DNA of 64,000 nucleotides from a virus. Below the pieces are notes generated by a model, which was not told the DNA's origin, ran no database searches, and saw only the letters and a list, made by a program, of their open reading frames with translations. Shown here one piece after another: positions 29,512 to 38,210 of this stretch. How positions within the stretch are numbered: position 1 is the stretch's first letter; every line of letters begins with the position of its first letter. The translations under genes and the position numbers were made by a program. The stretch lies in the IMG/VR virus record IMGVR_UViG_3300031841_003468, positions 1 to 64,000 of that record. The stretch is one strand, 5' to 3'.

Positions 29512-31719
29512 TTAAAAACTTGTGATCTCGCAGGCACCACCAGCACACGCTACGGCACCTTGAAGATCGGTATTGTCATCATCCTCAAACACTTCAGTGA
29601 AGTCAACAGGTTGGTATTCTCTGTTAAGCTCAGTCCATAGCTTGAAGTTATAAATATCTTTCATGCAGTAAGTTAACTGTTTAAGGTCTCCCTCAAAGTA
29701 GTTATCTGCAAACTTTTGACATCGTACAGCAAACTCTTTCTTAGCTGAACCCTTGATTGGAGCTCCAAGAGAAAGTAGGCTGTCACATGCTGCCCATAGG
29801 TTATCCTCAAACAGGTCTAATGCTTGCTCAATAATTCCAGAGCAGAACACAAAACCTTCTCCATAGTAGTTCAACATTTCTGTTGGCAAGTAGATAGCTG
29901 AGAACGGAGCCTGAGCATAGTCTTTATCGCCAGTAACAGGTAGTAATGAAATACCACAGAAGTACTTACGGTTTTTATATATAAACTTTTCTACCTCTTC
30001 CCATTCTTCCGGCTTAACATTGATAGTATTAGACACGTTGTGAGTCAACCAGTCTTGAGTACATAAGTCAATATTGGTTCCCGGAAGTACCCAGTTTTGC
30101 TGAGTAGATTTTACATATGTAAGTAACTCAATGGCACTTACTTTGTTTTTGATTTTAGAGCCTGCTGGAACTTCAACACAGAACGAGATAACATCGTCTG
30201 TTCCATTAGCAGACCAAACAGATTCTTCACATGCTCTTGGGTTGATAGTCTGGAAGTGCTGATAGATGTCTTCCATCTTGTTTGCCTGAACACGTCTAAT
30301 ATATCTTTTAGCGTGGTGAGGGTGAATACCAGATGATGTACCTAAGATACAACTGGCTGTCCCTTCTGGCTTAACACAAGTAACACGAGCCGCCTGATTA
30401 ATACCAAGCTTAGCGGCCATCTCTTTGTTTGTTTTCTTTGCTACCTTAGCTGCTTTTCTCTGGACTGCGGGATCAAGACAAATGTCAACGTTTTCCATCC
30501 ATCCAGTAGCTGATACGCCTAGAAGTGCTTCACGAGCATAGATTCGCTCTGTGTGCTCACCAAGATAATCAAACTTAGTGAAGCCTGCCTGTAGGCTACC
30601 AATAACAGCCGCAGCCCTGACTGCTTCGTAGAAGTCTTCTTCTGTCTTAACCTTTGCACAGTTAACAGTACTTAGGTTACAGCCTTGCCATCCAGATTCG
30701 CCAGTGGTCTCATCAACAGGCCACATACCGATCTCAACACATGGGTTAACGACAAGCTCAGTAGAATCAGAGAACACAAATCCCGGTTCTCCAAACTCAC
30801 GAACAGATTGCATTAGTTCGGCAAACTGCTCAGGCGTAGTCTCGTCACGTAGCAACAAAGCAGAGTTATTAGAACGTCCACGCTGTGGGTTCTCGATGAA
30901 CCAGTTACCAGTCTTGGCCTTTGCCATTTCTTCGTCGTGAGGACTGAAGACACAGATGGTTGCACTTCTACGAACACCGCCAGAGATAACCGCATCAGAA
31001 CTGTGCATAACAATATCGTATGCCTGAATTGGTTTTAGCTTTCTAGCATCGCCATTAGCGAACTCTAGTTCTTTCAAAGCCTTGTCTAAGATCTTTCTAA
31101 TGTTTGCTAGAGCATTCTTAAGAGGTTCTGGGCCGGGAGCTTTACCTGAACCAGATCCAATAGGAGCACCGGCAGGACGAATCTGAGAGTAATCAAACTG
31201 GACATTCTTGCCACTATACTCTGGGAACAATTCGTCTTGGTCAAAATAGCTACTTACTAAGATACCAATAGCATCTGACCATCCCTCGATTGTATCAGGG
31301 ATAACGTATTTCTTTGTGCCACTCTTAGACTTAATCAGATTGGGAAGTTTTTCTACGTGATGTGTTTGGACAGAGAATCCGGTTCCGCAACCGCACAACA
31401 AGAGGTACATGCACTCTTGGAAAAATCTAAGGCGATCAATGAAGCTAACCGTACAGTTGTACATTCTAGCATTGTGTTTCATAATTGGCGAGCCGCCAAA
31501 TTGTAGAGCACGCTGCGAACCTAAGCAACGCTTTTTGAGCATCATGTCATATGCCCATTCTATGTCTTCGTGTACCTCAGGAATGTCTGCATACTGTTCT
31601 AACATCATCCCCTTAACACGAGCGACACTTTCTGGCCAAGTTTCTCTTCTTTTCTTTTCAGGTAAGTATCTTGCGTATTTCGCTACGAACGTATAATCTT
31701 GAAGTGCTTTTATAGACAA
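29512..31719 (-). CDS. nrdJ: Class II adenosylcobalamin-dependent ribonucleotide reductase (monomeric RTPR type), TTG start
   Basis: YNC, GCGTGFSV, SGGVRRSA, NPCVEI, CNLS, TCVKPEGT, C-terminal CAGGAC. Confidence 0.9.
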   Translation of the reverse strand: MSIKALQDYTFVAKYARYLPEKKRRETWPESVARVKGMMLEQYADIPEVHEDIEWAYDMMLKKRCLGSQRALQFGGSPIMKHNARMYNCTVSFIDRLRFFQECMYLLLCGCGTGFSVQTHHVEKLPNLIKSKSGTKKYVIPDTIEGWSDAIGILVSSYFDQDELFPEYSGKNVQFDYSQIRPAGAPIGSGSGKAPGPEPLKNALANIRKILDKALKELEFANGDARKLKPIQAYDIVMHSSDAVISGGVRRSATICVFSPHDEEMAKAKTGNWFIENPQRGRSNNSALLLRDETTPEQFAELMQSVREFGEPGFVFSDSTELVVNPCVEIGMWPVDETTGESGWQGCNLSTVNCAKVKTEEDFYEAVRAAAVIGSLQAGFTKFDYLGEHTERIYAREALLGVSATGWMENVDICLDPAVQRKAAKVAKKTNKEMAAKLGINQAARVTCVKPEGTASCILGTSSGIHPHHAKRYIRRVQANKMEDIYQHFQTINPRACEESVWSANGTDDVISFCVEVPAGSKIKNKVSAIELLTYVKSTQQNWVLPGTNIDLCTQDWLTHNVSNTINVKPEEWEEVEKFIYKNRKYFCGISLLPVTGDKDYAQAPFSAIYLPTEMLNYYGEGFVFCSGIIEQALDLFEDNLWAACDSLLSLGAPIKGSAKKEFAVRCQKFADNYFEGDLKQLTYCMKDIYNFKLWTELNREYQPVDFTEVFEDDDNTDLQGAVACAGGACEITSF

Positions 31720-31743
31720 CTTATAATTCCTTCCTTCAATACA

Positions 31744-31862
31744 GCACGGTTTGTGCCGGTAGCGTGTTTAAACTAGCCGTATATCATAGTACGCTACCGG
31801 CGGCAAAAGCCCCACAGAGGTTGTGCCGTTTTTAGCTGCCAAACCCTAATATTGGCCGAGCT
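31744..31862 (-). promoter_or_regulatory. Structured 5' leader of nrdJ (candidate cis-regulatory RNA)
   Basis: Consecutive hairpins, including perfect 11-bp GCCGGTAGCGT/ACGCTACCGGC, in a GC-rich intergenic island. Confidence 0.5.
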
Positions 31863-31867
31863 ATTCT

Positions 31868-32347
31868 TTAAGTCTCTGTGTCTATTTTACTATACACATC
31901 TTTTAAGAACTTTGGCTCTGTTTTTATAGAGTTTACAACTAAACCATTATTTATTAAAAAATCAAATACTTCTTGGTCGCTAGTATTCCAAGAATTTACA
32001 TATGCTTCTTCCTCAATATACCACTCCCTTACGTGGGCTTGCCATAATAGTTTAGCACAGGTCGCACAAGGCATAGCAGTAACATAAGCTTTTTTAGGTT
32101 CATTAGTTTGTACTAGCATGTTACTTAGGGCATTTTGCTCTGAGTGTACTATATAGGGGTATTTCTTTGGTCTGACGGTCGGAAGATGTGAGTCGTCAGT
32201 ACCAGCAGGGAAGCCATTATAACCAATACCAACAACATTATTGTCCATATTGGCTATAACGCACCCGACTTTAGTCTGGGAGTCATGGCTACGAATAGCT
32301 ACATAATGTGCCATTCCCATGAAATATTGATCCCAGCTTGGCCTCAT
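31868..32347 (-). CDS. dCMP deaminase
   Basis: RPSWDQYFM, RSxDxxTKVGCVI, GYNG, HSEQNAL, PCxxC. Confidence 0.9.
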   Translation of the reverse strand: MRPSWDQYFMGMAHYVAIRSHDSQTKVGCVIANMDNNVVGIGYNGFPAGTDDSHLPTVRPKKYPYIVHSEQNALSNMLVQTNEPKKAYVTAMPCATCAKLLWQAHVREWYIEEEAYVNSWNTSDQEVFDFLINNGLVVNSIKTEPKFLKDVYSKIDTET

Positions 32348-32529
32348 TACGACTTACGCTCCCATAGAAGCTCGCCGTCTTGAGTCTTAAGAGCAACCAA
32401 TCGCTCAAAAGTGAAATCCTCAGTTTCCACAGGTGTGGTGATGGCAATACGACCATCTTCGAGGGTATGTTCCCGTAGTTCGGGAGAATTGTTATCTGAC
32501 ATATATTCTGTCTCCTTAAAAAATGCCAC
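32347..32529 (-). CDS. Hypothetical protein
   Basis: Small acidic ORF coupled to the deaminase; likely start MSDNN after AAGGAG. Confidence 0.5.
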   Translation of the reverse strand: MAFFKETEYMSDNNSPELREHTLEDGRIAITTPVETEDFTFERLVALKTQDGELLWERKS

Positions 32530-32551
32530 TTGTTACACATACATTATAAGA

Positions 32552-32579
32552 GAAGGGGGCTGCTTTTGCAACCCCCTTC
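32552..32579 (-). terminator. Intrinsic terminator hairpin
   Basis: GAAGGGGGTTGC-AAAA-GCAGCCCCCTTC followed by TCTT. Confidence 0.65.
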
Positions 32580-32597
32580 GGTGAAAATACGAGGAAT

Positions 32598-32924
32598 TTA
32601 TCGAATTATTCGATTCAGAATCTCTGCAATGATATGGTTGTCACGACCGATTACTTTTAACGCCTCATTGATTTTCTCTAGCTCTTCGCTAGTGCTTTCC
32701 TTTTCATCTATCCATTTTCTTAGCTCATAGCTAAGAGGTACTCCATCCTTCTCTGCTTCCGTGATGAAACCATAGATTTCATCTAGCTTTAGCTGTTCTT
32801 CACTGGTTAGGTTAGATTTAGAAGGTTTAATCTTCTCAATCAGTGCCTCAACAGTTTTCAGGAACAATCCCGTCACAGCCACAACAGCGGCTAATGCAGG
32901 GTAGTCACTAAGCAAATCAGACAT
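32598..32924 (-). CDS. Single-TM protein, holin-like
   Basis: N-terminal hydrophobic helix then charged coiled coil. Confidence 0.45.
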   Translation of the reverse strand: MSDLLSDYPALAAVVAVTGLFLKTVEALIEKIKPSKSNLTSEEQLKLDEIYGFITEAEKDGVPLSYELRKWIDEKESTSEELEKINEALKVIGRDNHIIAEILNRIIR

Positions 32925-32954
32925 AGTATCCTCCTTTCAGGACAAAAGAAGTGG

Positions 32955-32988
32955 AAAAAAGAAGGGAGACGATTGCTCGCCTCCCTTC
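32955..32988 (-). terminator. Intrinsic terminator
   Basis: GAAGGGAGGCGA-GCAA-TCGTCTCCCTTC-TTTTTT. Confidence 0.85.
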
Positions 32989-33015
32989 CCGTATAGTTGA
33001 TTACACGACTATAAC

Positions 33016-33660
33016 TTAGGCACCCATGACACCTTCGATGTCTAGGTTATTAGCGGTGAAGCTTACAAAGTTCGTTAGAACAGTGTATTCACCCGGCTTA
33101 ACTCTAGTACCTACAGCATCGTCTAGTTGGATGTCACTGTTGTTTCCATCAGCGATATCGTATAGGAAGCTGTTAAGTGCAGTCGGATCGCTAACTGCAG
33201 TATTAGCTGCGTTGACGAACAGAGTTCTGCTGCCAATGCTGCTACCGTCTGCGAAGCGACCAGTGTAGTTAAACAGACCAAGACGTACTTTAGATGCAGT
33301 GTTAGCACCGATAGTCTTTCTGTACTTCATGACGTTCAGGCGGTTACCGTGATCGGCAGCACCGTTCTGAAGTTTGGTATTAGCTACACCTGATAATGAA
33401 ACAGTGCGTTGCATGTGAACACCTGCTTGGTTATCGTAGCCAAAAGTACCTGAAGACAAGGCTTTAGCAGCACTATAAGTATGAGCAGAACCGCTTAGAG
33501 CTCCGATCATAGTACTGATGTCTGCGTTGTCGTCACGAGAGTCTAGAATAGTGAAATCACTATGGCCTAGTACTTTCCCACCGTTGATTACTTCGTCAGT
33601 TTTGACGTATGCACCGCCGGTAGCTTTCTTAAGATGTGAATTGCTTGATGGTACTGGCAT
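33016..33660 (-). CDS. Putative highly expressed virion protein
   Basis: Ala/Gly/Ser/Asn-rich 214 aa, perfect AAGGAGG RBS, own terminator. Confidence 0.45.
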   Translation of the reverse strand: MPVPSSNSHLKKATGGAYVKTDEVINGGKVLGHSDFTILDSRDDNADISTMIGALSGSAHTYSAAKALSSGTFGYDNQAGVHMQRTVSLSGVANTKLQNGAADHGNRLNVMKYRKTIGANTASKVRLGLFNYTGRFADGSSIGSRTLFVNAANTAVSDPTALNSFLYDIADGNNSDIQLDDAVGTRVKPGEYTVLTNFVSFTANNLDIEGVMGA

Positions 33661-33742
33661 AATATGCCTCCTTTTGAAAAAAGAACCAATTAATTAAAAC
33701 AACATCCTAACATTTTACTAGTCCTACTTATAATATACACAC

Positions 33743-34384
33743 CTAAACAAGATTAGGGAGCATATTACTTAATAATTTGTAGGATTTTAACCTTAAACCG
33801 TCTATTCCTGAGTCCTTATAAAGGTCAAGGTGGCGTTGGTTGAGCACTGGTGAGCAGGCAGTGACCTCAACCGAGAGATTTTTCTTTAGTTCCATAGCAA
33901 GAATTAAGTTATCAATAGGATCATCAACTACAGTACCTGTCCCCAATACGACTTGATTAATATATTTATTACTTATAAGTACTTCGCAGGTTCTATGCAC
34001 ATCTGTTGAATGATGCAAACGATGTTCAATGATGGGTCGCAATTCTAACCCGTTTTCACGGCACGCATTAACACATGCCTTCAAATCTTTTCCTATGCTA
34101 CTATAATCACAAAATTCTACATGATGATTGTTAATTACCAAGTCAACCTTTCTAACCTTCTGCCTTGCAGCTAGCACTATCTCATGTATCCTCAGTCTTG
34201 TGTCACTAAGTCCTAATGGAAAGTCCACTATAGCTGTAAGGTTGCAGTTGTCCTTCACTTCTTGGGGGATGGAGTTTAGTATTCCAGTTGGAACACAAAC
34301 ATCACATCGCTTTTCAGCACCCTCGAATATAGCCTCTAGAAGCTCTTGGTGATTATGGTCATTATGTAAAAGCTCAATTTTCAT
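33743..34384 (-). CDS. Catalytically dead DeoC-like TIM barrel
   Basis: VCVP, IVDFPLG, VDLVIN and IIE align to DeoC, but the Schiff-base lysines are absent (VVLGTG, VTACS). Confidence 0.75.
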   Translation of the reverse strand: MKIELLHNDHNHQELLEAIFEGAEKRCDVCVPTGILNSIPQEVKDNCNLTAIVDFPLGLSDTRLRIHEIVLAARQKVRKVDLVINNHHVEFCDYSSIGKDLKACVNACRENGLELRPIIEHRLHHSTDVHRTCEVLISNKYINQVVLGTGTVVDDPIDNLILAMELKKNLSVEVTACSPVLNQRHLDLYKDSGIDGLRLKSYKLLSNMLPNLV

Positions 34385-34386
34385 GA

Positions 34387-34896
34387 TTAAATCTCAATGC
34401 CGTTAATTTCCCTGATTAGTTCAATAGCCTTTGCCACATTTCTGCGTGCTGTCTCACGACTATATCCCTTCTTCTGTCCTATTTCTTCGATAGTCATCTT
34501 ATCTTGAAACTTCATACGAAGGATCGACTTCGATTCTTCGGGCAAAGCATCAATAATAACTTCAAAGTCTTCTGTCTTCTCATTGTAACGCTCGAAAGGT
34601 ATATTAGTGAATTCTTGGTACTTTCGCCGTTTCATAGAGTTGCTAATGTTTAGTCTTAGCGAGTTGTAGAGAAAGGAAGTAAATTTACATCCCTTCGTTG
34701 GATCAAACTTATTTAGACACTCCCAAAGAGTTGTAAGCTTGATAGATTGTATTACATCAGGATCTACTCGTTTACGAAACTTGTAGCAGACGCTATCCAT
34801 GATCTTGCGGTAATCTTTATTTTTCAAAGCTTGGTCAAAGTCCCGTGTCTCTAGATCCTCAATTACCTTGGTTTCCGTCTTCGCTGATTCTGTCAT
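34387..34896 (-). CDS. RNA polymerase sigma-70 family factor
   Basis: LWECLNKFDPTKGCKFTSFLY; HTH TIEEIGQKKGYSRETAR. Confidence 0.85.
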   Translation of the reverse strand: MTESAKTETKVIEDLETRDFDQALKNKDYRKIMDSVCYKFRKRVDPDVIQSIKLTTLWECLNKFDPTKGCKFTSFLYNSLRLNISNSMKRRKYQEFTNIPFERYNEKTEDFEVIIDALPEESKSILRMKFQDKMTIEEIGQKKGYSRETARRNVAKAIELIREINGIEI

Positions 34897-35560
34897 TATG
34901 ATCTCCTCCAGATTCTAAAAATTCGCCACCACCTATAGAATGGTATTCTTTTAGTAGCGACACTCCATATGTATAGTCTTCATCCTGTTCATTGGAAACA
35001 ATATAGTCAACAGATCCTTCTGGTGACAGGTATGCTGCCCAATGTTTGTACTGACTTAGTTCCTCAATAACTTCACCCAAGTCAACGTCGATAACACCAT
35101 TATACACTATTGGGTCACTTGTTGTCAAGGGGTCAGACAAAGTTTTTTCGCCAGTTAGCATACTTTCTATATCGGAACGTACCTCTCGGAACTTAAACAT
35201 TTTTCCAATACCTACGAAAAAAGTATACCTACCAAGAACTTTGATGGCTTCTACTCCTGCTACTGTCTCAATTTTAGCAAGAACAGAAGGTGTGATATCA
35301 AAGTTAGTGTAACCCATCCAACAATCCCATCGTTGGCTAGGTCGTAGGTGACTCTCTTGATAGAACATGCCAAACGGAGTTGAGATAATGCTCTTCTCTG
35401 CTGGGTACATATTATCTAAGTATGCCATCATAGAGGGATCTACTTCAGAAGCAGAACCTTCTTCGTCATAATAAGTTTGAGATGACGAATTTGGCTCAGG
35501 AGATGATGGGGTTTCTGCAATCATTTCATTCCAGCTTTCCCAAGCAATCTTATTCCTCAT
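34859..35560 (-). CDS. Hypothetical protein, central Nfu_N-like segment
   Basis: LAKIETVAGVEAIKVLGRYTFFVGIGKMF resembles the Nfu_N pattern; start at ATG 35560 after GGAGG. Confidence 0.45.
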   Translation of the reverse strand: MRNKIAWESWNEMIAETPSSPEPNSSSQTYYDEEGSASEVDPSMMAYLDNMYPAEKSIISTPFGMFYQESHLRPSQRWDCWMGYTNFDITPSVLAKIETVAGVEAIKVLGRYTFFVGIGKMFKFREVRSDIESMLTGEKTLSDPLTTSDPIVYNGVIDVDLGEVIEELSQYKHWAAYLSPEGSVDYIVSNEQDEDYTYGVSLLKEYHSIGGGEFLESGGDHNDRISEDGNQGN

Positions 35561-35636
35561 GTGTCCTCCTCTACGGATAAAAGTATAACATATTATACCC
35601 CTTTGGTCAACAAAAGGGTCGATAAAAATTTCAATT

Positions 35637-35984
35637 TTACTTAAAAAGTTGCTCGATTTCACTCGGCCTAATTAAGGGTTCGTCGTACTCAGGTTCTTTT
35701 GTAGCATTTTGCAACGTAGTATAAGCTGTGACAAGCATACCTGTATCAGTTTGCATCGTTTTTGTGTCTGCTTGTGCCTGAGTTTGTATAAGAATTTCTT
35801 CTATTAGATCTGTTGTCTTGAGGTCGTGAAACATTTTAGCAAGTCTGACAATTCCATCAACATCACCTTGATCCCACTGTACGTGGAATAGGAAGTCACC
35901 TTCTTTGCTAACACCAATATTGACGAAGGTATTAGTTGAAAGTGTAAGATCCTGTTCTTCCGATAATCTCTCCATGATAGTCAC
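35637..35984 (-). CDS. Hypothetical protein
   Basis: 115 aa ORF in operon. Confidence 0.5.
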   Translation of the reverse strand: MTIMERLSEEQDLTLSTNTFVNIGVSKEGDFLFHVQWDQGDVDGIVRLAKMFHDLKTTDLIEEILIQTQAQADTKTMQTDTGMLVTAYTTLQNATKEPEYDEPLIRPSEIEQLFK

Positions 35985-36327
35985 TTATTAAACCTTCCTC
36001 TTGTAATTGTTCTACTGTTTTCCACGAAGCTTTCTTGGCAGTGTCTGCCATATAGGGAACTGTAGCTATATAAGTAACTTCAACTTCCCGGCTTCCCTCA
36101 ATCTTTCTAAAGCCAGCCAAACGTTTCTTTACCCACTCCCAATGGTAGTGAGTTATTTCTTGGTGTATATCTTGCAGCACTTTATCTTCTGTTTTTCTTA
36201 GCATGTAGGCAGAGGGTATGTTGTCCTCTAGGTCAACTAAGATCTTAAAGTGTTTACCATCAGTCATGTGGTAGCGTTGATCTACACCAACGAATATGTA
36301 AGAAACCTTTACTTTATGCTGACTCAT
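35932..36327 (-). CDS. Degenerate Nudix-fold (NrtR-like) protein
   Basis: VSYIFV...FKILV...IPS...QEIT...REVEVTYIATVP follows the NrtR-type layout with no intact Nudix box. Confidence 0.4.
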   Translation of the reverse strand: MSQHKVKVSYIFVGVDQRYHMTDGKHFKILVDLEDNIPSAYMLRKTEDKVLQDIHQEITHYHWEWVKKRLAGFRKIEGSREVEVTYIATVPYMADTAKKASWKTVEQLQEEGLISDYHGEIIGRTGSYTFN

Positions 36328-36550
36328 TAGCCTGTACCATTTGTTCCTTTAGTTTCTGAACAACATCAAAGCCAGAACTTGCAGCTTCGTATGCCTCAAT
36401 AGCTTCGATGAATTCATCCACGATTTGTGGGTGCTCACCAACGCCAACAGGATTGTTCAGATATACGTTAATGGTTGCAGCGGCTTTGGCTGTCTTAGCC
36501 TGAAAATGTGTTTCTGCCGCAGCAATCAATGTTTGTTGTAAACTGTTCAT
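36314..36550 (-). CDS. Conserved small phage protein
   Basis: YLNNPVGVGEHP motif; GGAG RBS before ATG 36550. Confidence 0.6.
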   Translation of the reverse strand: MNSLQQTLIAAAETHFQAKTAKAAATINVYLNNPVGVGEHPQIVDEFIEAIEAYEAASSGFDVVQKLKEQMVQANESA

Positions 36551-36565
36551 ATATATGTCTCCAAT

Positions 36566-36616
36566 AAAAAACGGGTCATCTAGTAATATTATACCAAATG
36601 ACCCGCTAAAAAACAA
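36566..36616 (-). terminator. Intrinsic terminator whose stem-loop contains a -10 box (overlapping promoter)
   Basis: CGGGTCATTTGGTA...TACTAGATGACCCG-TTTTTT; TTGTTT-17-TATAAT overlaps it. Confidence 0.6.
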
Positions 36617-36640
36617 CATCGTTGTTGAATTTTCTTTAGA

Positions 36641-36829
36641 TTATTCAGTAGCTCTTAGTGAGTCACCGACAATCCAAGACGCAGCTAGCAATACAACTGA
36701 ATTAACAGTTTCTGCCTCGAAGCCTAGACCTAAGTGTTCTGAGACTGCGACTGCAACACCAGCGATGGCGATCCAGAATCTGCGTGAAGTGGTTAGGGAT
36801 TTAATCTTGTCAATCATAACATTCTCCAA
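36641..36829 (-). CDS. Putative holin (2 TM)
   Basis: SRRFWIAIAGV...VLLAASWIVGDS pattern typical of small phage holins. Confidence 0.55.
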   Translation of the reverse strand: MENVMIDKIKSLTTSRRFWIAIAGVAVAVSEHLGLGFEAETVNSVVLLAASWIVGDSLRATE

Positions 36830-36868
36830 AAAAAGGGTTAGTTAAGTTTTAAGAAGTGTGTTTTCCTA

Positions 36869-37135
36869 TTAACCGTTGTTTTCTTCTTCCTTAACAGGTT
36901 GAAGCTTTTCAGCCAACTTGCCAAAGATGCCAGATAGAATGCCTTTGAAAGCGTCCCACCCTTTTCCAAGGATAGGTTTTAGCTTTGCTAGTAACTCAGC
37001 TAACTTGGCCTTCATGCCATCTACACGGCTATCTACTTCATCGCCTTTTCCAAGTTTCTTCATGATCATACGACCACCAAGAGCAGCGATTACAGTAGCA
37101 ACGATTAGAGTATCTACGTTTGCGAAATTTTCCAT
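36869..37135 (-). CDS. Membrane-anchored hypothetical protein
   Basis: N-terminal TM then amphipathic helices. Confidence 0.5.
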   Translation of the reverse strand: MENFANVDTLIVATVIAALGGRMIMKKLGKGDEVDSRVDGMKAKLAELLAKLKPILGKGWDAFKGILSGIFGKLAEKLQPVKEEENNG

Positions 37136-37139
37136 AGTT

Positions 37140-38210
37140 TTATACTCCCTGTATAAGTTGAGAAACACTATTACCCCAAGTAAAAGCTTGACCAGTGGAT
37201 ATGCCTTGAGTGTTCTGGTTTAGATCGCCACTCTGTTTGAGTGAATGAAGCTCTCTCATATGTGCTATGATCTGCTCCATTTGATCATCACCGAGACTTG
37301 CCCAGTTGCCTTGACCATGAAACCATATACCATCCACAGCCGGTTCGACTGCGTTTACGGTGACTAGACGAGCATTGTCAGAATTGCAAAACTCTGTATG
37401 TGCCGAGTAGTCAGTCGTAATGACATGCTTTCCTATGGTCAACATCTCTAGTAACTCAAGATTCCATCCCTCTGCTCTAGCAGGGAACAAACCGACATCG
37501 GCTTGCTTCATAATATTATACACATCTTCATGGGTATTTTGTCTTGGAATTATCCTAATTTTGTCGCCTAATGGTGAGTTTTTATAAGCATTAATCCATT
37601 CATTATTCTTTTCTCCGATAAATGGGTTATCGCACATCATCCATAATTCTACGTTATCCGTAGGGGAAAACGCATTATTAAAGGCATTTAAGATAACATC
37701 ATGACCCTTCCTGATTTCCCACTTTCCACAATTATAGAAAACAGTTTGAGGTCTCCGGGAAGGCTCTACTGGCTTAAAGATGTTAGTGTCTACTCCGAGG
37801 GGAACTACATGTACCTTCTCGCTGACATCCTTGTCGTAACTTCTTAAATTATTTACTACAACATCCTTTGCCCACTGTGAACAGACAAATATCTTATCGC
37901 AGTGACGCAGGCTTGTGATCTCTAGTGGGTTAAATTTATCTAACTCAAAGATTGGAAAACCGATATGAGATCCTTTGCCTACAAACTGTTGTAGCTCATG
38001 TTGATGCCAAATTCTGATGCAAGGTGCATCAAGCCAGAGATTGGTTTGGTTGTCGATGCATCGGTCAACAAAACCTCCGTCTACCATTTTCTCTGGTGTA
38101 CCAATGGGATAAAATGCAACATCGTGCATCTTATTAAGTTCACGTAATATATTATATACTGTATAGCCATAGCCCAAAGTATTAATTGGGCCGATCAGGT
38201 TAAGCTTCAT
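37140..38210 (-). CDS. Glycosyltransferase family 4
   Basis: GYG, VVPLGVD, GKWEIRKG, FPARAEGWNLELLEM. Confidence 0.88.
   Translation of the reverse strand: MKLNLIGPINTLGYGYTVYNILRELNKMHDVAFYPIGTPEKMVDGGFVDRCIDNQTNLWLDAPCIRIWHQHELQQFVGKGSHIGFPIFELDKFNPLEITSLRHCDKIFVCSQWAKDVVVNNLRSYDKDVSEKVHVVPLGVDTNIFKPVEPSRRPQTVFYNCGKWEIRKGHDVILNAFNNAFSPTDNVELWMMCDNPFIGEKNNEWINAYKNSPLGDKIRIIPRQNTHEDVYNIMKQADVGLFPARAEGWNLELLEMLTIGKHVITTDYSAHTEFCNSDNARLVTVNAVEPAVDGIWFHGQGNWASLGDDQMEQIIAHMRELHSLKQSGDLNQNTQGISTGQAFTWGNSVSQLIQGV

Noticed and set aside
31868-32347. TadA-like tRNA deaminase for tRNA-Thr(AGU)
   Set aside because: Motifs (RPSWDxYFM, RSxD, GYNG) and position beside nrdJ match dCMP deaminase
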